Assembly: GCF_020745735.1 (NCBI RefSeq) | Contig: NC_083449.1 | Location: 7,972,923 to 8,036,922 of the forward strand | DNA length: 64,000 nt | Direction of reading: 5' to 3' | Source of the DNA: Hemiscyllium ocellatum | Taxonomy: Eukaryota | Shown: in pieces, positions 51,718-64,000 of the stretch | How positions within the stretch are numbered: position 1 is the stretch's first letter | Layout: every line of letters begins with the position of its first letter | Position numbers and translations under genes: made by a program | The notes under the pieces: generated by a model | Told to the model about the DNA's origin: nothing | Seen by the model: only the letters and a program-made list of their open reading frames with translations | Database searches by the model: none

Positions 51718-52484
51718 GTATGTTACTGCTGTCAGAGTGAAGAATATAATTTTCACAGTCAGAGCGGATTGGGTCAGCTACACATTGAGCTCAATTTGAG
51801 AGAGAGAAACAACAGAGAAAATGTAAATTTGTTTTATTTTTGCTCACAATTCACAATGCACGTGTCCAGTTTGAACAAATGTCACTGTTCACAACTCTCT
51901 GACATTTGCACAATTTTGAAACTGGAAAGTCGGAACTCTTGTCCAAAGTATACACTCAAGTACTGAAACAAATCTGCCTCAAATCACCCACATAGCAAGT
52001 ATCACATAACAAATCACACCCTCAGTATATTAGTGTCTGCCAGAGAGTTACATCCCTTTGACAAATAGAAACTGACAAGATGCATTGATATCTTTGTTCA
52101 CTCATTGACTTTGCAGAAACAGGCAAAAAGACTTTGATGTTGGTGCACATATTGACAGGGTGCTTTCTTTCTCTCACACACACACAATACCTTGCAGGCA
52201 CTGTCATGTATAGATTCATAACACTCAGATGTTCACGTGATAGAAAGTGACACACACTCTCTTATTTTCATTGCACATAGCAACAGGACTTGGTGGACAA
52301 CTACACTTCTATATTCAGACATCAGAAAGTATGGGGTACAGATGAATAATTGTGCTCAAACGTTCACGTATCCGAAACTGGCATTTCAGATCCATAATCA
52401 AACTCAACTACTGTCAGGTAGAGACTGAAGGTGGCACTCTCATTCGCAAAGATACAATCAAACTGACATTATGATAACTAATGT

Positions 52485-52796
52485 GGGCAGCACGGTGGCA
52501 CAGTGGTTAGCACTGCTGCCTCACAGCGCCAGAGACCCGGGTTCAATTCCCGACTCAGGCGACTGACTGTGTGGAGTTTGCACGTTCTCCCCGTGTCTGC
52601 GTGGGTTTCCTCCGGGTGCTCCGGTTTCCTCCCACAGTCCAAAGATGTGCGGGTCAGGTGAATTGGCCATGCTAAATTGCCTGTAGTGTTAGGTAAGGGG
52701 CAAATGTAGGGGTATGGGTGGGTTTCGCTTCGGCGGGTCGGTGTGGACTTGTTGGGCCGAAGGGCCTGTTTCCACACTGTAAGTAATCTAATCTAA
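52485..52796 (+). mobile_element. V-SINE (HE1-type), full length, young
   Basis: Near-identical to 2479-2792. Confidence 0.9.
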
Positions 52797-53904
52797 AGTT
52801 ACATTCAGATGTCGAAAACTGACATGAATAGATTGGAAAGTACACTCGCACTTTTTCACAATAGTAAAGTTCCTAGAAAGATTAATAAGTGCACTCCCAT
52901 ATTCAATGCAGAAACTGACAGGAACAAGTTGATAATACTTCCATTTCACATCGCATGAACTGACAGGTACTGCTTGGTAACTAGGCAAAAGTGAGAACTG
53001 CAGATGCTGGAAACCAGAGTCTGGTTTAGTGGTGCTGAAAAAGCACAGCAGGTCAGGCAGCATCCGAGGAGCAGGATAACTATTTACAGACCAAAATCTG
53101 ACAGCCACATATTGACACACACACTTTTACACCCAGCAGAAACGGACAGATACAGATTGATAACTAAACTCACATTCACACAGCAGAAACTGAGAGGGTA
53201 GATTTATAACAACAGTCACATGCTTGAATTGCAATAACTTACCGGGAAACATTAGTGACAACACTTGCATGTTCTTGTGACAAGAATGGACAGGTACAGG
53301 TCGATAAATGAATTTTCATATTCACAATGCAGGAAATGAGAGATGGAGACTGTGTGATGAGACTGTGGCTTTAAGTGGTTTATTTTTCCTTTTGTTCTTC
53401 AGGAGCAAATTTAAGGCAGAGACACCGAGCCACGAGAGCAAACAGTTTGAGGCCTATTGGTATCTTTACAGAAAGCTGAAGACTCATCAACAGAAATACT
53501 TCATGTTTGAGAAGGAGACCTTGTGTTTGTTATTCTTGGAGAAATTCAAGAACAAAAATTACAGACTGTCTAGCTGAAGCTTATTGTCACAGCCATTCAA
53601 TTTGCAAATTACATACATGGCAGGGTGAAAGAACCTAATTGCCAAGGTGTTGTGACTTTGATGAAAAAAAAGGAAGGATTTCATAGCAGGAAACAATGGA
53701 CATAGTGAGTGTTTGCATGCTTGTTGTAATGTATATGTATTGTGTACTAATAGTGTAAGGCTAAAGAACTTCTTAAAATTAGGCCATCCCTGTATGTTGA
53801 TGGGCTCTAAGAAAAGGGGTGGAAGGTTGGATGATATTGTGGCTTTAGGATGTTTATTTGTCCTTTCTTTCTTCTTGAAGAGAGGGTTTATGGCAGAAGT
53901 GTCA

Positions 53905-54498
53905 AGTAGTACAGGAGTTGGGAGGTCATGTTGCGGCTGTACAGGACATTGGTTAGGCCATGTTGGAATATTGCGTGCAATTCTGGTCTCCTTTCTATCA
54001 AAAAGATGTTGTGGAACTTGAAAGGGTTCAGAAAAGATTTACAAGGATGTTGCCAGGGTTGGAGGATTTGAGCTATAGAGAGAGGCTGAACAGGCTGGGG
54101 ATGTTTTCCCTGCAGGGTCGGAGGCTGAGGGGAGACCTTACAGAGGTCTACAAAATTATGAGGGGCAAGGATAGGGTAAATAGGCAAAGTATTTTCCCTG
54201 GGGTGGGGGAGTCCAGAACTAGAGGGCATAGGTTTAGGGTGAGAGGGGAAAGATATAAAAGAGACCTAAGGGGCAACGTTTTCACACAGAGGATGGTGCG
54301 GGTATGGAATGAGCTGCCAGAGGAAGTGGTGGAGGCTGGTACAATTGCAACGTTTAAAAGGCATTTGGATGGGTATATGAATAGGAAGGTTTTGGAGGGA
54401 TATGGGCCAGGTGCTGGCAGGTGGGACTAGACTGGGTTGGGAAATCTGGTTGGCATGGAAAGTTGGACTGATGTACATGCTGTACATCTCTATGACTC
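53905..54498 (+). mobile_element. 5'-truncated CR1, young (open ORF2 C-terminus)
   Basis: LEYCVQFWSP..ERVQKRFTRMLPGL..WNELPEEVVEAG, followed by the tail. Confidence 0.9.
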
Positions 54499-54899
54499 GA
54501 AGTCTACCAGAGCCACTAGAGTAAACAGTTTGAAACTCTTTTTATAGTTGGAACAACAGAAGCAGTTTGAGTGGGTGTGGTCAAGCTCTCACAGAACAAC
54601 ATTTTTAGTTTTGGCTTTCACCAAAACTGTTGGCATCTTGAAGATGGGAAAGCTAGTTTTCCCCTCTCAGTTACAGTTAGAAGCTGCAGATTCTCTTTCT
54701 GCTACTGGAGTCGGATGTGAGACGATCTATTTTATTTAATTTGTTCATGGGATATTAATGCATTGGAACCGTTAATTAGGAAGAGGTACTGTATCCATTA
54801 TTCTGTTAAGTATTCCAATAGAGTTATGTTATTCCAATTCCTTCTTTTTTACGTGGTATGTTGCCACCTGTGGACAGGACAAAGTACACCTTTTTAAAG

Positions 54900-55320
54900 C
54901 CACAATCATTCTAACTGATAACTGCCCTCATAGTCACATCACAGAAATGGACTGGTACAGATAGATAACTGCACTGCCATATTCACACTTCAGGAACAGA
55001 TGAAGCCAAATTCAGGTATTCACAAAACAGAAGCTGACAGATATAGATTGACAACTAAACTCTCATATTTACAAACTAGAAAACGTCAGATAAAGGTTGA
55101 TGACCATATTTACAACACAGAAACTGACACGATGAGACTGATAAAGGCATTCACACAGACACATAGAGACTGATAGGGGTAGACTGATAATTACACAGAC
55201 ATACTCATTGAGCAGAAACTGACAGGTACAGATTGTGAATGCTAGTCAAACATTCACATAGCAGAAATGAACATAAAGAAATGCAAAACCCTCATTCGCA
55301 TAGCAGAAACTGTCAGACAC
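54900..55320 (+). repeat. Degenerate ~47-49-bp minisatellite array
   Basis: GCAGAAACTGACAGGTACAGATTG at 55212 and neighbouring units. Confidence 0.7.
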
Positions 55321-55447
55321 ACACACACTGGCAGCTCTTCTGAGGAATGTATGAATAGTTTCAGATTATACTAGAGATTTGAAGCAGAATAGGGAAAAAG
55401 ATAATTGAAGGGTATTGACAGAGTAGATGCTGGTAGAATGTCCTTCA

Positions 55448-56450
55448 TAGAGTCAGATGTACAGCATGGGAACAGACCCTTTGGTCCAACCCGTCCATGC
55501 CAACCAGTCTTTCCAACACAATCTTGTCCCACTTGCCAGCACTGGGCCCATATCCCTCCAAACCCTTCCTATTCATATACCCATCCAAATACCTTTCAAA
55601 TGTTGCAATTCTACTCGCCTCCACACTCCTGGCATCTCATGCCGTACGTGTACTACCTTCTGTGAGAAAAAGTTGCCCCTTAGGTCTCGTTTATATCTTT
55701 TCTCTCTCACCCTAAATCTATGCCATCCAGTTCTGGACTCTCCCACCCCAGGAAAAAGATTTTGTCTATTCACCATATCCATCGCCCTCAATTTTGTAAA
55801 CCTCCACCTTTTGTAAGGTCACCCCTCCACCTCTGTCCAGGGAAAACAGCTGGTTCTGCCTCTCCCCATAGCTCAAATACTCCAACCCTGGCAACAACCT
55901 TGTAAATCTTTTCTGAATCTATTCAAGTTTCACAATATCCTTCTGATAGGAAGGAGACCAGAATTACATGCAATAGTGAAACAGTGGTCTAACCAATGTC
56001 CTGTACAGCTTCAGAATGACCTCCCAACTCCTGTACTCAATACAGTGCCTGATAAAGAAAAGCATACCAAATGCCTTCTTCACTATCCTATCTTCCTGTG
56101 ACTCCACTTTCAAAGAGCTATGAACCTGCACTCCAAGGTTTCTTTGTTCAGCAACACTCCCTAGGACCTTACCATTAAGTGTATAAGTTCTGCTAAGATT
56201 TGCTTTCCCAAAATGCAGCACTTTGCATTTATCTGAATTAAACTCCATCTGCCACTTCTCCGCCCATTGACCTGTTGCAATCTGAGGTCACCTTCTTCGC
56301 TGTCCACTACACCTCCAATTTTGGTGTCATCCGCAAACTTACGAACTATACCTGTTATGCTGGTATCCAAATCATTTATATAAATAACGAAAAGTAGTGG
56401 ACCCACCACTGATCCTTGTGGCACTCCACTGGTCACAGGCCTCCAGTCTG
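55448..56450 (-). mobile_element. 5'-truncated CR1
   Basis: [25 protein letters not shown] and MEFNSDKCKVLHFG on the minus strand. Confidence 0.9.
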
Positions 56451-56744
56451 ATCTTCAGAGTATAGAGCAAGAAACACAAGCAAGAGAGAACATTCCCTAA
56501 CTCCCGTTTTCCTCCGACACGATGCAATTATCAAGTAGTTCCATCATTTCCAGGAGTAAACCACACTCCCTGTCAGATTGCAGTGCATTTTCTCACTTGA
56601 CAAGAAATATGATGCCTATTTTAAAATGGAAGATAAAAAGAAAGCATTATCAAAAGATACAGAATACATTACAATTAGAATCTCACACTTTAGAGTGAGC
56701 TCGGAATTTGATCCCTTCACAAAATTTCGGTTTGTGCTTCCGAT

Positions 56745-56890
56745 GTTATTGCAGATCCTGACAGATCCACATTGCGTCCCAAACTAGCCAATCAGCGAGA
56801 AGCTACCATGCCGACAACGTAGCCAATCAGGAGCCGGACTTTACCTCATCCCTTATTAGCATTGATGACGTCGTCAGTCTATAAAGAGCG
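56745..56890 (+). promoter_or_regulatory. H2B promoter: two CCAAT boxes, octamer variant ATTAGCAT, CRE-like site, TATA
   Basis: AGCCAATCAG twice (56787, 56821); CTTATTAGCATTGATGACGTCGTCAGTCTATAAA. Confidence 0.8.
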
Positions 56891-56939
56891 AGCTTCGCGC
56901 CCACTTTCCCTTATTCTGTGTTTGAGAGTGAGCGGAGCT

Positions 56940-57317
56940 ATGGCTGAGGAAAAGAAGGGTCAAGTTGCCAAGAAGGGCGCGAAGAAAGCGGTGAAGAGGG
57001 CGCCAGCAAAGGGCGGCAGGAGGAGGAAGCGGTCCAGGAAAGAAAGTTACTCCATCTACATCTACAAAGTGATGAAGCAGGTTCACCCCGACACCGGCAT
57101 CTCCTCCAAGGCCATGAACATCATGAACTCGTTCGTCAAAGATATTTTCGAGCGGATCGCGGGGGAGGCTTCCCGCCTGGCCCATTACAACAAGCGCAGC
57201 ACCATCAGCTCCCGGGAGATCCAGACCGCCGTGCGGCTGCTGCTGCCCGGGGAGCTGGCCAAGCACGCCGTGTCGGAGGGCACAAAGGCGGTGACCAAGT
57301 ACACCAGCTCCAAGTGA
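56940..57317 (+). CDS. H2B: Histone H2B, 125 aa
   Basis: [53 protein letters not shown]...TSSK. Confidence 0.95.
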   Translation: MAEEKKGQVAKKGAKKAVKRAPAKGGRRRKRSRKESYSIYIYKVMKQVHPDTGISSKAMNIMNSFVKDIFERIAGEASRLAHYNKRSTISSREIQTAVRLLLPGELAKHAVSEGTKAVTKYTSSK

Positions 57318-57361
57318 AGGACCGCACTGCACTGAAACAAAACACTGATCCACAACCCAAA

Positions 57362-57405
57362 GGCTCTTTTAAGAGCCACCCACAACCTCTCTGAGGCAGC
57401 TGAAC
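57362..57405 (+). terminator. Histone stem-loop and downstream element (right H2B)
   Basis: GGCTCT TTTA AGAGCC ACCCA (stem-loop 57362-57377); GAGGCAGCTG. Confidence 0.92.
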
Positions 57406-58199
57406 CATTTCTTTAAAGATTGTTTGTTTTAGTTTGCATGTGATTCTGTTTTAACTTTTGGTTTTTACAACTGCTTTGCAATTTGAGATACGGGAACGAA
57501 GGGGGTGGGCTAAGAAACAGTCTTAAATATCGCAAATAGCCTATTTCCCCATCTGTAGAGAGACAGGAGGTGAAGCACCGGTGAGTCACTTTTAAGATTG
57601 ATTAGTTCTAGTCTTCATGTGGTTCTTGTCCAGGTATTTTTAGTCACATACTATATTGGATTTTATAATTGCGTTGCAAATTGACGAGGTGGGGAGAGCG
57701 ATTTCGTATACCGTTCAAGTTGCTAAAAGCCCTGGTGGAAGTGCCCACAGCTTTCAGTCCCACTGATTGATGTATTTTCACCTTTGTTTTTACATTGCCA
57801 ATGCGTAAGATTTAATCCGACTTTTCAGAATGCAAGCGGCAATGCACTTTCTGCTGTCGGTGAGAGGCTTTCAAAGTGAACCGAGAGAACGCCAAACCAG
57901 CTGCCGGACTGAAATGTTTGTTGAATGTGATCGAGACCGATAAGGGAGGACAACTTTAAAATATCGTCTCAACACCGTGTTCGCCATCGATACTAAGCCG
58001 GAAGAATGTTGTGTGCTGCTTTATCAGCATGCTGGGGTGCTACTGAAAAGTGAAGTGAGAAAACAAGTTGCAGACAGCAGTGTTCGGCCTGTTTTGTTTC
58101 AGCCTCTTTTCAAGGTTTAAAAAATCCACACTCAAGATCAGAAATAGACAGATGAGGGAGAGTAAGACCGTCTGAATTACACCTTTGTAAACTAAAAGT

Positions 58200-58432
58200 A
58201 AATTAACATGAGTATTGTTTTTTAAACTTACTCAGTTTTTTTTGTACTTCATTTTTTGGTGTAAAACATACTCCTTTTGTTTGGAAATTGGTGGGCTTTT
58301 CAATTTGTAAAAGAGCGGTTGATGATTTGGCGCCCTCCCGGTGCCGTTTCCGGATTGGGGAATGAAGCAGATATCTAATTGGGAATTGAAACAACATTTA
58401 GATGATGCTGAACAATGAGAAAGGGCTGCCAC
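58200..58432 (+). promoter_or_regulatory. Orphan H2A promoter copy (no TATA or CDS follows)
   Basis: Aligns to 59490-59660 and the reverse complement of 3530-3780; breaks off before the TATA box. Confidence 0.75.
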
Positions 58433-58479
58433 AATGCTGTATTATTTTTATGATTCCCTAGTTATCAATCAGACTCTGC

Positions 58480-58790
58480 CGGTCTCTGCTGGTGTGAATA
58501 TGTAAATTTATTTACCATATACTGAAAGTTACAGTTTGATAACTACACTCACGCATTCACGAAGCAGGAACTGACCGGTATAAACTCACATATCCACATA
58601 CCCTTTTGCATCAGGTGGCCTCATTCATGGAGCTGTATGGGTCTTGTTTAGTTTCTGAATCTCACTCACCTAGTGTTAGAATTTTAAGAAAAAAAATGGA
58701 CAAGGAGCAGCTCCGAGCAGGAGCGGAATCAGACCTGTGGTTCTGTTTAAATTGCTGGCGTTGAACGACAAAATCCTAATGATTAATTTC
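58480..58790 (+). repeat. Minisatellite units plus the pre-exon module, truncated before the exon
   Basis: 58588-58785 aligns to the reverse complement of 10215-10410. Confidence 0.7.
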
Positions 58791-59489
58791 ACTGAGACAG
58801 CTGAACCATTGTTTCTGGGTATGTACAATTAATGTCTCTACGAGATTTGTATGTTGTAAATGTTGTGTAGTGCGCGCCTTATTCTCGGATGCGGTCATGT
58901 ATATACCGTAGTCCCTGCCTGGGGAGAGAGGCCACGTTAAACGCCACGGAGTCCTTTTTCAGCTGCTTGTATATGTCTGTGTTACTCTTTGTTATACGAT
59001 CAGTTCAGGAGTTATAAGCCTCCGTTGCGGCACGAACCCTCCGCTGCACCCTTCGGAGTGCGATTTTACTTTGTTTATTTTTCATTTCGAAATCTCCGCA
59101 CGAGTATTGTCTGGATGCAGAATCTTGCAAAATACACCGAAACAAAACTAGAACAGCTGCAGAACTGGCATAGAAAATGTGGCGTTTTTATCGATATATG
59201 ATCATGTGCCGATCATGTTCACTATTACTGCATTGAGGCGGGAGAACTTAATCATGTTTTACCAGTATGTCAGGTGCTGTTGAAATGTGAAATAAATGAT
59301 CAGTTGCAGGGTTTGGTGCCTTCTTTTCTTTCCGCTTGTGTTTAATGTTCAGAAGATTCCATTCAGGATCAGAAATGCGCAGATTCCAGGAGGCGAGGGA
59401 AAGGAAGATAATGTAAAAGGGTACACTTTTAATGTAGAAGTAAATTAAATCGAGTATTTTTGCATTCTTCTATGTTTAAACTCTATTTT

Positions 59490-60141
<652 letters not shown>

Positions 60142-60171
60142 AGATAGTAATCTTAAATCTGACAACCCAAA

Positions 60172-60213
60172 GGCTCTTTTAAGAGCCAGTCACAGCATCT
60201 GTGAAAGGAGCTG
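60172..60213 (+). terminator. Histone stem-loop and downstream element (right H2A)
   Basis: GGCTCT TTTA AGAGCC at 60172-60187; GAAAGGAGCTG. Confidence 0.92.
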
Positions 60214-60894
60214 AACACTCCCGTCTGTCGGATTGAATTACCTTCCTTTTAAACGATATTGGTTACAGTCCCTGCCTTATTCGATACTGTATTGTAACTG
60301 TGTGTGTAATGTAATATGAAACGGCCTCATGGCCGTTCACCGTTTGAACCGTAGCACAAGGAGCGTGAAATGTTTATCATGGAATATTGATACAACGCAA
60401 TCTTAACCGTGCTCGGAGTACGCCATTGTATATGGCTGTGGCCTCGTGTCTTTAATTATTGTCCTGTAAATGAATCACTCGATCCCTGTACTCCTCGCTT
60501 GCAGGCAGGTTCACGTTATCTTGAACTGCATGTCGGAAGAGCTGAATTCTCGGATGCTGCCTGAACTACTGTGCTTTTCCAGCACCACTCTAATCCAAGC
60601 TCTGGTTTCCAGCATCTGCAGTTACTGATTCTACCCCGCAGAGCTGAATTGCCGCAACGCCGTAAGTAACTTTATAATGAGTGCTCGCTGACCTTGTGCT
60701 TTACTTTCCGATATGTTCCTGTGTAGGGTCCTTTCCCTGCTGCTAGAGAGGGAGCATAATGGAGGCAATAGTCGTTTTTCAGCTGCTTCGAGTTAATCAT
60801 GTTGCTGTTTAATACGGGACCAGTTCGGGAGCTACCCGCCCCTGTGGGGTATGACCCAGATTTTCATCTCTGGCAAACAGAAGAGGAGTCAATA

Positions 60895-61362
60895 TTAGAG
60901 TGGTGCTAGAAAAGCACAGCAGGTCAGACAGCATCCGAGGAGCAGGAAAAGTAACATTTTGGACAAAAAGCCTTCACCAGGAAAGGCTTTTGCCTGAAAC
61001 ATCGATTTTCCTGATCCTCCGGAAGCTGCCTGAACTGCTGTGCTTTTCCAGCACCACTCTAATCTCCAGCATCTGCAATACCCACTTCTGCCAAACAAAA
61101 GTGCCTACCTTGAATTTCAAGGATAGATTCATTTTACAGTTAGATTTCCATACCCCGAGGGTGTTGTTTGATTCTGCTGTCGTTTAGAAGCTTTCCAAAT
61201 GAACTGAGATCAAACCAGAACAGTTGCTTCACTGCAAGGGTCAGTCAAATACCACTGCAAATGTGTTGCTGGTCAAAGCACAGCAGGTTAGGCAGCATCT
61301 CAGGAATAGAGAATTCGACGTTTCGAGCATAAGCCCTTCATCATCTCCAGCATCTGCAGACC
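60895..61362. mobile_element. Two Penelope pLTR-derived inserts (palindrome ~60895-61090; 61256-61362 with 15-bp TSD)
   Basis: TCAGTCAAATACCAC at 61241-61255 and 61363-61377. Confidence 0.75.
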
Positions 61363-61377
61363 TCAGTCAAATACCAC

Positions 61378-62210
61378 AGAAACAGATCCAACCAGTCCAT
61401 GCCCAATATAATCTCCAACTAGACAAGTCCCACCTGCCTGTTCTTGGCCCATAACCCTCCCAAATCTTAAGTGATACACTTGTCCAGATGTCTTTTCAAC
61501 ATTGTGATTGTGTCCATATGCATTGTGATTGTGTCCCTTTTCAAATTTCTTTCCACACAATCCATACTGCTTTTAAAAAAAAATACTTGCAAACATTCTC
61601 CCAGAGTCTGCGTGGGTTTCCTCCTGGTTCCTCCCACAGTCTAAAGATGTGCAGGTTAGGTGAATTGGCCACGTTAAATTGCCCACAGTGTTAGGTGCAT
61701 TGGTTAGAGTGAAATGGGTCTGGATGGGTTACTCTTCAAGGATCAGTATGGACTGGTTGGGCTGAAGGGCCTGTTTCACTCTGTAGTGAATCTAATCTTA
61801 AAAAAAATCTTTTTCTTTTTACCTTAAAAACGTGTCTCATAGTCTTGCAGTTTCTTACTATATAAAAGATACCTGCCATCCCCCTTACCTTTAGCCCTCA
61901 TGATTGTCAAAACTCTATCACTCATCAAGATCTTAGGTTCCAGGAAACGGAAGTCCCAGCCTATTCTTATAATGGTATCTTCCATTCGCACCATGCTAGT
62001 AGACCTTTTTCTGAATCCTTTCCAGCTCAATAGTATACTTTTGATAACAGGGTGACCAGAACTTGATACAGTAATCCAGAAGAGGACTCATCAATATCCT
62101 ATACAACTTCAGTATGACCTTCTAACTCCTGTACTCAAAAGTCTGAGCAATGAAGGCGAGCACACTAGATGTTTTCTTCACCACACTGTCAACATGTGAA
62201 GTCAACTTCA
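61378..62210 (-). mobile_element. Degenerate CR1 3' end with a nested partial V-SINE (+, ~61594-61797)
   Basis: VDSVVKKTSSVLAFIAQTFEYRS on the minus strand; SINE V-domain and tail. Confidence 0.7.
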
Positions 62211-62574
62211 AAAATAAGAAGTTGGCCAACTGTTGTCCACTATACACTAAATCAAGGCCCAGAGACATTGCACACCCCTGCTCCAGGTCTGATTTTTGCA
62301 CACGCCTCCTGAACCAGAAACAGGGACTAACACTGTGATGCAAGACTCTCTCCAACACCCCTACCCCAAATCCCTTCTCCCTACCTTTTTATCTTTGCCT
62401 ACCTGGCACACATTCTGCCTTAGTAAGAGTGTTCCACTTATTTCATTTGTGTTACTATTTTCCACTTATGTTACTTTCTTAAAGGGATTAATATTTGTAG
62501 ATGAGGGTCATCAGGATGCAATTCCACAATTAACATAAGATCAGACATTGAATGGCGGGAACAGAGGATGGGGG

Positions 62575-64000
62575 CTGAAAATGTGTTGCTGCAAAAGCGC
62601 AGCAGGTCAGGCAGCATCCAAGGAACAGGAGAATTGACATTTCGGGCACGAGCCCTTCTTCAGGAATGAGGAAAGTGTGCCAAGTAGGCAAAGATAAAAG
62701 GTAGGGAGGAGAGATTTGGGGGAGGGGTGGTGGAAGGAGGTAAAGGTGAGGGTGATCGGCCAGAGTGGGGGTGGGGTCGGAGAGGTCAGGAAGACGATTG
62801 CAGGTTAGGAAGGTGGTGCTGAGTTCGAGGGTTGGGACTGAGACAAGGTGGGGGGAGAGGAAATGAGGAAACTGGAGAAATATGAGTTTATCCCTTGTAG
62901 TTGGAGGGTTCCTAGGCGGAAGATGAGGCGCTCTTCCTCCAACCGTCGTGTTGCTATGGTCTGGCGATGAAGGAGCCCAAGGACCTGCATGTCCTTGGTG
63001 GAGTGGGAGGGGGAGTTAAAGTGTTGAGCCATGGGGTGGTTGGGTGGGTTGGTCCGGGTGTCCCAGAGGTGTTCTCTGAAACATTCCGCAAGTAGGTGGC
63101 CTGTCTCTCCGATATAGAGGAGGCCACATCGGGTGCAGCAGATGCAATAAATGAGGTGTGTGGAGGTGCAGGTGAATTTGTGGTGGATATGGAAGGATCC
63201 CTTGGGGCCTTGGAGGGAAGTAAAGGGGGAGGTGTGGGCGCAAGTTTTGCATTTCTTGTGGTTGCAGGGGAAGGTGCCGGGAGTGGAGGTTGGGTTGGTG
63301 GGGGATGTGGACATGACGAGGGAGTCACGGAGGGAGTGGTCTTTTCAGAACGCTAATAGGGGAGGGGATGGAAATATATCCCTGGTGGTGGAGTCCATTT
63401 GGAGGTGGCGGAAATGACGACGGATGATATGATGTGTATGGAGGTTGGTGGGGTGGTAGGTGAGGACCAGTGGGGTTCCGTCCTTGTGGCAATTGGAGGG
63501 GCGGGGCTCGAGCAGAGGAGCGGGAAGTGGAGGAGATGCGGTGGAGAGCATCATCGATCACATCTGGGGGGAAATTGTGGTCTTTGAAGAAGGAGGCCAT
63601 ATGGGTTGTTCGGTATCGGAACTGGTACTCCTGGGATCAGATGCGGCAGAGACGAAAGAATTGGGAATATGGGATGGTGTTTTTACAGGGAGCAGGGTGG
63701 GAGGAGGTGTAATCAAGGTAGTTGTGGGAGTCGGTCAGTTTATAGTGAATGTCCATGTTGATTCAGTCGCCCGAGATAGAAATGAAGAGGTCTAGGAAGA
63801 GGAGAGAGGAGTCTGAGATGGTCAGGGTGGAAGGTGTTAGTAAAGTGGATGAACTGTTTAACCTCCTTGTGGGAACATGAGGCAGCGCCGATACAGTCAT
63901 CGATGTAGCAGAGGAAAAGCTGGGGTGTGGTGCCAGTGTAGCTGCGGAAGATGGACTGTTCCACATATCATACGAAGAGGCAGGCATGGCTGGGGACCAT
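62575..64000 (-). mobile_element. Penelope-like element (Poseidon-type): RT C-terminus, GIY-YIG endonuclease and pLTR; frameshifted; runs off the window
   Basis: FLCYIDDC (RT), LIYCICCTRCGLLYIGETG..FREH (GIY-YIG); degenerate hammerhead at ~62633-62667. Confidence 0.9.

Larger units (their letters stand above)
49155..53330 (+). repeat. Degenerate ~47-49-bp minisatellite arrays (49155-51090, 52040-53330)
   Basis: Dozens of GCAGAAACTGACAGG..ATTGATAACTACACTC..ATTCACA units. Confidence 0.8.

Noticed and set aside
9999-51760. Peptide 'CLPPGKYLKDQDNV..KAKCDQLLLTNSR' recurring at the repeated exon (superficially TNFR-like CPPG.Y)
   Set aside because: The reading runs through both splice signals; copies have a stop (42587), a +1 frameshift (51.66 kb) and a deletion. 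The similarity just reflects DNA paralogy.
43200-53330. Minisatellite as decayed C2H2 zinc-finger array or CRISPR-like array
   Set aside because: Period ~47-49 bp rather than 84 bp, no CxxC/HxxxH pattern, no unique spacers, vertebrate context.
43200-53330. Minisatellite as tandem C/D snoRNAs
   Set aside because: The C-like box is mostly TGATAA, which breaks the k-turn G-C pair, and there are no terminal stems; kept only as a remark.
8458-56450. flamenco-like piRNA cluster with antisense-biased TEs
   Set aside because: CR1 copies are mostly on the + strand in both arms, so they are not consistently antisense to the outward transcripts.

Overview
Vertebrate genomic DNA, almost certainly a shark/elasmobranch (HE1-type V-SINEs, HER1/CR1 LINEs, Poseidon-type Penelope elements). 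The window is a dispersed replication-dependent histone cluster. At the left end are H4 (+, lacking 3 tail residues), a frameshifted H2A (-) and H2B (-). At the right end are H2B (+), an orphan H2A promoter and H2A (+). All five genes have a 3' stem-loop and downstream element; no H3 or H1 is present. The left and right H2B->H2A units are inverted paralogues, and the interior is also organised as a decayed giant inverted duplication. Two ~360-bp near-identical GC-rich NRF1-motif promoter/exon-1 modules (31.35-31.71 kb, 41.70-42.07 kb) point outward. Each is followed ~790 nt later by a repeated ~82-nt putative non-coding exon (5 copies, all keeping CAG|GTATGT). Arrays of a degenerate ~47-49-bp minisatellite flip strand across the centre. 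This looks like an undescribed family of spliced, repeat-built non-coding transcription units embedded in the histone locus (inference; needs RNA data). The rest is CR1 LINE debris, SINEs and many short Penelope-derived insertions carrying minimal hammerhead ribozyme motifs. Repeat boundaries are approximate (read by eye).
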